A stretch of DNA of 64,000 nt, taken from Abditibacterium sp. (lineage in GTDB: Bacteria > Armatimonadota > Abditibacteriia > Abditibacteriales > Abditibacteriaceae). Positions 57,561 through 64,000 of this stretch are shown here, in pieces. Location of the stretch: contig CBDASK010000003.1 of NCBI GenBank assembly GCA_965199495.1, forward strand, positions 3,104,001 through 3,168,000. The letters run 5' to 3'. The position numbers were made by a program, and so were the translations under genes. Every line of letters starts with the position of its first letter. Position 1 is the stretch's first letter. The notes under the pieces were generated by a model that was given only the letters and a program-made list of their open reading frames with translations, had not been told where the DNA came from and made no database searches.

Positions 57561-57755
57561 GTGAAAAATCTCCATCAATTTTCGCCCTACGAGGAGCGCC
57601 AGCGCCGCTACCCGTTTTTAGTCGCCATTGATTTAATGGTGCATTTCGCGCTCTCTTTTTCGGCCATCATTTTGTCCGTCATCGCCATTGCGATGGCCGT
57701 TGATGCGGTCTTTCCCGGCATCGTGCGCATCCCGCCGTTCTGGATTCATTTTTGA
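57561..57755 (+). CDS. Small membrane protein (tentative)
   Basis: GTG start; hydrophobic segment; fills intergenic gap. Confidence 0.45.
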   Translation: MKNLHQFSPYEERQRRYPFLVAIDLMVHFALSFSAIILSVIAIAMAVDAVFPGIVRIPPFWIHF

Positions 57756-57756
57756 C

Positions 57757-59685
57757 TTAAAACGCCTCGTGGCTCTTGTCTTCGCGCGGGCCGTCGAACA
57801 GCCACGTCTTGAGCGCGACCAACATAAAGCGCGGCACATAACCCATCTTTTTCCAGCGCGCTGGCTCGACCCACACGCGATAAAGCCACTCTAATCCGAT
57901 GCGCTGGATGGCGACGGGCGCGCGCGTAAATTTGCCCGAATAAACGTCGAACGAGCCGCCGACGCCAATCGAAACCGGCACGTTCATGCGCTGCATATGT
58001 GCGGCGATGAACTTCTCCTGCATCGGAATTCCCATCGCCACGAACAAAACGTCGGGCGCGGCCTGCGCGATGACATCGGCCATGATTTCGTCGCTTTCGT
58101 CCCTGGAAAACCCGTTTTCTTCGCCCTCTTTGCGCCAAAAACCGTGATGCGTGCCCACGACCGTCAAGCCGGGATATTTCTGTTCCAGATTGCGCGCGGC
58201 AACGGATGAAATACTCTCGCCGCCCGGCGTAAATCCCGAACCCAAAATATAAATTTTGTAACCTTTTTCTGCCGCTCGCTCGCAGATGCCAGTCACCATA
58301 TCAACGCCGGTCACGCGCTCGTAAATCGGCAAATTGAGCAGACGCGCGCCCCAAATAACGCCGAATCCATCGGGCGTCGTCAGCGAGGCGTTGCGCATAA
58401 TTTTAAGGTATTCGGGATCATTGCGTGAAGTCAAAATCGCGTTGGCATCGGTGGTTAAAACCTGATGCGGCTGGCCCGACTGGATGAAACCCTCGACGCG
58501 GTCGAGCGCTTCGCTCATGCTGACTGGCGAGATTTTGACGCCAAACGCGTCAATGCTTTCGGGCAACTCTTCGTCGGTTTTACGGCGCATCTGCAAGCGC
58601 GCCAGCGAAAAGAAAACGATGGCGCCCGCGCCCGCCAAAAACAGCAAAATCAAGCCGTAAAAAATCGCCATCAAAGTTGACGGCGGCGAGCCAAAAAACC
58701 AGTGCGTCGCCAGAAACGCCAGTCCGCACAGCCACGCGCCGACGCAAAAATAATAAAGCGCGATTTTGGCGCGCGGCACACCGCGCTCTTCCAAGGCCTG
58801 ATCAAGGCGCATCTGGCGGTTGCTCCAATTGACGTTATAACCGCGCAAGCGCGCGCGCACCTTGACAATCGAGACGTTGAGTAAGGGCAATCCCAGCGAC
58901 AAAAGCCCCAGCGCCAAGAGGGCTGGCAACGTGTTTTTGAGTAGGCCCATCGCCGTGGCTGTTCCGACCAGAAAGCCCAGCGCCAGCACCGACGACCAGC
59001 CCAAATTAATGTTGGGCCTTTTGAGCGCCACGGCAAACGCGGCCAAACCCGCGCCCGCCACAGCCCAGGTTGCGGTCGGCGCGAACAGGTTTTCGGTGCG
59101 CCCGTTGGTGCTCCACAACAGCGCGACGGTAAGCGCGAACAATCCCAGATAACCACCAGCCACGGCGGGCACGCGGTTGAGCGAGGCGCACAATCGCGCA
59201 ACTAACCAAATCCACGCGACAGTGATAAGGGTATCAATCGGCCCCAATTCAACCAACCCCGAATCGGCGGAAGTCGAGCGGGCGACCTGAATTATGACAT
59301 CGCTCGAAATGCGCGTGGCGAGAAACGCCGCTCCGACCACCACGATGTCGGCGACCCACGCGGGCAAACGGCCCAATCCGCGTAGCGCCGCCAAAACGTA
59401 AACCGCCAGCGCCAAAATCCCCAGTTGGATGCCCGCCAAAAGTTCGGGCGAATATCTGACCTGCGAAAGTGCCGTAATCTGATCGGGCGTCATGTTCGCG
59501 TAAATCGTTGGCGAGGTGCTGCGCGCCATCTCATAAAACCAGAACGAAAGGGCGCCCACCAACAAAGTCGCGCCGACCAAAACGATGCCTTCGGGGCGCG
59601 GATTGAAACGACCGTAAGTGTGCTGCGAGAGCAAAAGCCCCCCATAAGTTAAAATTATCGCTGCCAGAAAAGTCCAGATAAACAT
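57757..59685 (-). CDS. WecB/TagA/CpsF glycosyltransferase fused to an MraY/WecA-like membrane domain
   Basis: C-terminal PDGFGV, ERVTGVD, VAMGIPMQE, GVGGSFD, GLEWLYR; multi-TM N-terminus. Confidence 0.88.
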   Translation of the reverse strand: MFIWTFLAAIILTYGGLLLSQHTYGRFNPRPEGIVLVGATLLVGALSFWFYEMARSTSPTIYANMTPDQITALSQVRYSPELLAGIQLGILALAVYVLAALRGLGRLPAWVADIVVVGAAFLATRISSDVIIQVARSTSADSGLVELGPIDTLITVAWIWLVARLCASLNRVPAVAGGYLGLFALTVALLWSTNGRTENLFAPTATWAVAGAGLAAFAVALKRPNINLGWSSVLALGFLVGTATAMGLLKNTLPALLALGLLSLGLPLLNVSIVKVRARLRGYNVNWSNRQMRLDQALEERGVPRAKIALYYFCVGAWLCGLAFLATHWFFGSPPSTLMAIFYGLILLFLAGAGAIVFFSLARLQMRRKTDEELPESIDAFGVKISPVSMSEALDRVEGFIQSGQPHQVLTTDANAILTSRNDPEYLKIMRNASLTTPDGFGVIWGARLLNLPIYERVTGVDMVTGICERAAEKGYKIYILGSGFTPGGESISSVAARNLEQKYPGLTVVGTHHGFWRKEGEENGFSRDESDEIMADVIAQAAPDVLFVAMGIPMQEKFIAAHMQRMNVPVSIGVGGSFDVYSGKFTRAPVAIQRIGLEWLYRVWVEPARWKKMGYVPRFMLVALKTWLFDGPREDKSHEAF

Positions 59686-59838
59686 TCGCGTTAAACCGTC
59701 GGCCCGTCGCTGGCCCGTTAAGTCTTGCGCCCTCAGTATGAATCCAAACCGCGCCCAACGCAAAACAGCCCGACGATTTCTCGTCGAGCCGTTTTGGTGA
59801 ATTAGCGTGAGAGATAGGAGTTACGGATTTGGGCGCGT

Positions 59839-59973
59839 TTGTTATTCTGAGCGCAGTGAGGCACGAACGAAGTCGAAGAATCCACCGGTTGCGACTAAGT
59901 TTGACTTTCGTCAGTAGATTTACGTCATGGATTCTTCGACTTCGTTCGTGCCTCACTGCGCTCAGAATGACAA
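59839..59973. repeat. TGTCATT-related palindrome (variant)
   Basis: TGTTATTCTGAGCGCAGTGAGGCACGAACGAAGTCGAAGAATCCA arm and its reverse complement. Confidence 0.85.
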
Positions 59974-60054
59974 TGAAGGCGAGTTTCAAGCGTCAACCAA
60001 ACTTACTCGCCGAGTTAAATAAAAAGAGTTAGCAACGCGTTTTGTTAGTTAAAT

Positions 60055-61830
60055 TTATTCATCAAGCCAAGACTCATCATAGTCTTTGAGTTCATGGTCA
60101 ACCGAGCCTTTCTTTGTAGGTTCCACGCTTAGTTCTGGAATTCCCAATAAAGCTTTTACCTTCGCCACAACTTCGCCCGATGCGACAGCCACGGCGTCTT
60201 TGCTTTGGCGCGTGCGCACTTCCAAGTCGCCGCTTTCTTTGGTCGTGCGCCCGGCCATAACGCGCGTCGGAATGCCGAACAGGTCGGCGTCGGCGAACTT
60301 GCTGCCGGGGCGTTCGGTGCGGTCGTCATAAAGCACGTCCAAACCCGCCGCGCGCAGTTCGTCGTAGAGTTTGTCGGCGATTTGAACAACCGCTTCGTCG
60401 CGTTCGAGCAACAATAAATGCACGTCGAACGGCGCCAGTTCACGCGGCCAAATCGGGCCGCGATCATCGTGGTGCGCTTCGACGACTGCGGCCATAATGC
60501 GCGACACGCCGATGCCGTAACAGCCCATTTCGGGGATGCGTTTTTTCTGGTCTTTGTCCAAAAACGTCGCGCCCATCGCGCGGCTATATTTGTTGCCCAA
60601 TTTGAAAATGTGGCCCATCTCGATACATTTCGCGCTTTCGAGCGGCCCGCCGCCATTGGGCGACAACTCGCCCGCATTCGCCTCGCGCACATCAGCCCAC
60701 TTTTCAACTTGAATATCGCGTTCGACATTGACGCCGCGCAAATGAAAACCGTCTTCGTTGGCACCCGTCGTCATGTGCGCGCGTCCGCGCAAGGCTTCGT
60801 CGGCTGTGATCGGCACGTTTTCGACGCCGACCGCGCCCAGACTGCCGGGATGCGCGCCCAGTAAATCAACGATTTCGTCCGCCGTGGCTGCTCGCAACTC
60901 GCTCGCGCCCAGAGCGCTACCCAACTTCGATTGGTTGAGTTGATGATCGCCGCGCAGCAAAACCAATTGCGGTTTGCCATCGGCCCTCATCACTAATGTT
61001 TTAATTTGATGAACGGCTGCCGCGCCGCCCTCGAAATTCGCCAGTTCGTCAATGGTAGCCACGCCGGGCGTGGCGAATTTTTCCAATTCGTCCGCGATGT
61101 CGTCGCGATTTTCGACTGGCTCCAAAATTGAAGTCGCCAATTCCAAATTGCTGGCGTAGCCGTCGCTTTTGTTAAAGAGCATCAAATCTTCGCCCGACGG
61201 GCTGACGACCATGAACTCTTTGGTGTCGAAACCGCCGATGCCGCCGCCCGCCGCGTCCACGATTTGCGCGTCCAATCCGCAACGCGCGAAAATGCGCTGA
61301 TACGCGCCGACCATTTTATCGAACGATTTGTCCAACCCGGCGATGTCCACATCGAACGAGTAGGCGTCCTTCATGATGAACTCGCGCCCGCGCAAAAGTC
61401 CAGCGCGAGGACGCGGTTCGTCGCGAAATTTGGTCTGAATTTGATAAAGCGTGAGCGGTAGCTGCTTATAACTTTCGATGGAAGCGCGCACGATGTCGGT
61501 TACGACCTCTTCATGCGTCGGGCCGAGCGTGTAGTCGGAGCCTTTGCCGTCTTGCAATCGAAATAAAATGTCGAGGCCAGCGCGCCCACTTTCCTGCCAA
61601 ATTTCGATGGGTTGGAGGGCGGGCATCAAGAGTTCGACGGCGCCCGCCTCGTCCATTTCTTGGCGCACGATGCTCTCGATTTTGTGCAAAACGCGCAGGC
61701 CGAGCGGCAGATAAGAGTAGATGCCCGCGCCCAATTGGCGAATATAAGCGCCGCGCAAAAGTAAGGCGTGGCCTTCGTTGTCGGCTTTGACGTTGCGCAA
61801 TGTGGGCGCGAAAAATTGACTTTGTCTCAT
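60055..61830 (-). CDS. proS: Proline--tRNA ligase (with editing insertion)
   Basis: LGPTHEE, KFRDEPRPR, REFIMKDAYSF, GHIFKLG, MGCYGIGVSR. Confidence 0.97.
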   Translation of the reverse strand: MRQSQFFAPTLRNVKADNEGHALLLRGAYIRQLGAGIYSYLPLGLRVLHKIESIVRQEMDEAGAVELLMPALQPIEIWQESGRAGLDILFRLQDGKGSDYTLGPTHEEVVTDIVRASIESYKQLPLTLYQIQTKFRDEPRPRAGLLRGREFIMKDAYSFDVDIAGLDKSFDKMVGAYQRIFARCGLDAQIVDAAGGGIGGFDTKEFMVVSPSGEDLMLFNKSDGYASNLELATSILEPVENRDDIADELEKFATPGVATIDELANFEGGAAAVHQIKTLVMRADGKPQLVLLRGDHQLNQSKLGSALGASELRAATADEIVDLLGAHPGSLGAVGVENVPITADEALRGRAHMTTGANEDGFHLRGVNVERDIQVEKWADVREANAGELSPNGGGPLESAKCIEMGHIFKLGNKYSRAMGATFLDKDQKKRIPEMGCYGIGVSRIMAAVVEAHHDDRGPIWPRELAPFDVHLLLLERDEAVVQIADKLYDELRAAGLDVLYDDRTERPGSKFADADLFGIPTRVMAGRTTKESGDLEVRTRQSKDAVAVASGEVVAKVKALLGIPELSVEPTKKGSVDHELKDYDESWLDE

Positions 61831-61865
61831 TGTTGAACTTGGCAGTTTAGTGCGAACGGTTCTTT

Positions 61866-62063
61866 CGGATGTCGGATGACGCGACCTATTTGCGAGCGCT
61901 TGTCATTTCGAGCGTAGCCGAGAAATCTTGCGCCCGCGCGGCAGCGCAGGTTAAAACCGCTTCAACGCCAAAGATAAAGCATGACTTCCGCTGGCGCGGG
62001 GCCAAAAGATTTCTCGGCTTCGCTCGAAATGACAGGCGAATGTGTTTCGTAATCAGACATCCG
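61866..62063. repeat. TGTCATT-family palindromic element, copy 3
   Basis: Same core (61901-62034); imperfect outer arms. Confidence 0.85.
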
Positions 62064-62828
62064 CTAATCCCCCAACAATCGCAACCCATTGAGCGTCAAA
62101 TGTGGCTCGACGCGTTCGATCATCGGCACGAGCGGCGCGATGAGTTCGGCCAAACCGCCGGTCGCGAAAATCGTCGGCTCGGTCGGCCAATCGGCGACGA
62201 AATCGGCGCGCGCGCGTTCGAGCAGTTCGCGCGTGAGTCCGGCGTAACCGAAAACCAGACCGGCTTGAATGGATTCGGTCGTGTTGTGCGCCAAGGTGCG
62301 CGAAGGCGCGCGCAGTTCGACGCGCGGCAAGCGGGCGGCGGCGCGAAACAGAGCGTCGCTCGAAATGCCGATGCCGGGCGCAATCGCGCCGCCCAGATAA
62401 GTGCCGTCGGGCGAAACCGCGTCAATGGTGGTCGCCGTGCCAAAATCGGCGATAATCGCGCCGCCCGGCGCCATTTTGTGCGCGCTCAACGCGTTAATCA
62501 AACGGTCGGCGCCCACGGCAGTGGGCGGCTGATACAGATTCTTGAGGCCAGTAGTAGAAGCATCAGCCACGGCGGGTTCGCAATTCAGATAATCGCGGCA
62601 TAACTGAATCGCTTGCGGCGTTAGAGACGGCACCACGCTACACAAAGCCGCGCTTTCGACTTGATCGAACGCAAAACCGCGCGCGTTCAAAGCGAATTGA
62701 AGAAACGCCGCCAATTCGTCGGAAGTCGCATCGCGCCGCGTGGCCATGCGCCAATGTCCGACGAGATTTTCGCCATCGAACAGGCCGATGGCCAAGTTGG
62801 TATTGCCAAAATCGAGCGCCAAAAACAT
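62064..62828 (-). CDS. coaX: Type III pantothenate kinase
   Basis: DFGNTN, SVVP, GADR, DFGTATT, GGAIAPG, ATGG. Confidence 0.96.
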   Translation of the reverse strand: MFLALDFGNTNLAIGLFDGENLVGHWRMATRRDATSDELAAFLQFALNARGFAFDQVESAALCSVVPSLTPQAIQLCRDYLNCEPAVADASTTGLKNLYQPPTAVGADRLINALSAHKMAPGGAIIADFGTATTIDAVSPDGTYLGGAIAPGIGISSDALFRAAARLPRVELRAPSRTLAHNTTESIQAGLVFGYAGLTRELLERARADFVADWPTEPTIFATGGLAELIAPLVPMIERVEPHLTLNGLRLLGD

Positions 62829-62897
62829 GGGAAAATGGTAAAGATTGAAGGATGAAACGGGGATGCGCCATTTTCATCCTTACAACTTCTTTTTGCT

Positions 62898-63860
62898 TCA
62901 GATGTCGTGTTGTGCGAGGTCGAGCTGATACCAACAGGTGTTCAGGAAAAGATGTAAAGTCGAGTTGCGATTAAGGACGCGTGCTTTTGCAATTGGATCG
63001 CCGGAAGGAAGAACCAGTTCAATTTCGCGGGCATTCTGCATCGCGTCTTCTCCCAAATCCTGAATAACGCATCGTGAGCGGTTTTCTGTGTAACCACCGA
63101 ACAGCAAAACGCGATGATTGTCAACAATGAGGCCGCGCGCGCCAGTCATTTCGTTGCGCCACATCTGCTGACTTCCGTCAGGTTTAATGCAAACAATAGG
63201 AAAATCGGTATAAGGACAAGACCAAACCCCATCGTCCGCAACGTTGAGCGTGTAACAGTCGGCCATTGAATTCAATTTGCACTGCCAAAGGATGTCGCCT
63301 TGAACATTAAAGCGCGCAATTCCCGATGCTCCAATCGGCGCTTTCTGCTCGTTTTCACTATTCGCGCCCCACCCAAAATTACCGAAAATTCCTTCGTCGG
63401 AGTAGCCCGTCCAAATTGTGCCATCGCGCGCAACTGCGACGTGTTTCAGGCCGTCGCCCAATAAAAAGCGTCGCGCGAATGTTCCATCTTGTTCATAGAC
63501 CGCCGCGTTGAATTCGGGATTGCCATCGCGATTGTGGCAACGCGCCGCCACAACGAGCGATTCGCCGTTTGGAAGTGGCTGAACAAAGGGGTGGGCTTCT
63601 TCGATCTCAATCGGGACTTCGCCTTGGAATTCGGGAGTGAATTTTAAGACATCGGCTCGATAGGGCGCAACTTTCGATTTTGGAAACGAAGCCCATCCCG
63701 GTTGAACATCTCGCCCCAACGCTTGTTTTTTGACTGTGCTTGTAGTGGCCAACAATAGAACTTCGTTTTTTGGTCCCACATTCACCGATACAATTTCACG
63801 TCCGTTCAACGGCGCCGCGAAGTCAGCAACAAAAGTGAGTTCAACCTTTTTCTTTGGCAT
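62898..63860 (-). CDS. Hypothetical protein (possible beta-propeller)
   Basis: LGDG, IWTGYSDEGIFG, DCYTLNV, YTDFP motifs; lower GC. Confidence 0.75.
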   Translation of the reverse strand: MPKKKVELTFVADFAAPLNGREIVSVNVGPKNEVLLLATTSTVKKQALGRDVQPGWASFPKSKVAPYRADVLKFTPEFQGEVPIEIEEAHPFVQPLPNGESLVVAARCHNRDGNPEFNAAVYEQDGTFARRFLLGDGLKHVAVARDGTIWTGYSDEGIFGNFGWGANSENEQKAPIGASGIARFNVQGDILWQCKLNSMADCYTLNVADDGVWSCPYTDFPIVCIKPDGSQQMWRNEMTGARGLIVDNHRVLLFGGYTENRSRCVIQDLGEDAMQNAREIELVLPSGDPIAKARVLNRNSTLHLFLNTCWYQLDLAQHDI

Positions 63861-63881
63861 TAGAAGTAGTTTTGCCCGCGT

Positions 63882-64000
63882 TTACGCCACCTTAGCGTCG
63901 GCGTCGCTGCGGCGCATCATCTGGCGCAGTTCCGAGCGGATGCCCGCGTAATCCAATGCCATTTCTTCGGTGATTTTGCCCTCGCGATAATATTTATCCA
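63882..64000 (-). CDS. C-terminus of a probable PilT/PilU-family ATPase (partial)
   Basis: DKYYREGKITEEMALDYAGIRSELRQMM resembles PilT/PilU C-terminal helices; short fragment only. Confidence 0.45.
   Translation of the reverse strand, partial: DKYYREGKITEEMALDYAGIRSELRQMMRRSDADAKVA

Noticed and set aside
1..64000. Abundant GCGCGC/CGCGCG runs as a signal
   Set aside because: Plausibly explained by GCG/CGC codon preference; cannot be separated from codon bias without computation

Overview
Bacterial chromosomal window, GC-rich and mostly housekeeping and metabolic genes (hisS, trpB, thrC, proS, coaX, smpB, pdxT, deoC, fdhD, mug, nnrD). A lineage near Abditibacteriota/Armatimonadota is my impression, not tested. 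Accessory structure: (i) a decayed integron at ~1.5-3.3 kb with a truncated intI, an attI-like site, two cassettes and an IS110 remnant; (ii) a second, integrase-less cassette array at ~44.4-47.6 kb with clear attC sites and a homologous attI-like head; (iii) at least four families of long intergenic palindromes (REP/REPIN/MITE-like), several with locus-specific self-complementary outer arms; (iv) a strand-symmetric heptamer CGTGGCT/AGCCACG at about 1 per kb by hand count, not found in either cassette array, a candidate DNA-uptake-like sequence; (v) a diverged second copy of the 3' end of a LarA-family gene flanking a DUF3465 gene. Notable gene clusters are gluconokinase-SDR-LarA homolog, FGase-DUF1704 peptidase-GshB-like ligase, and a degenerate WecA-like/TagA fusion. 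No rRNA, tRNA or CRISPR array was recognised. Family assignments come from recognising motifs by eye, not from database searches.
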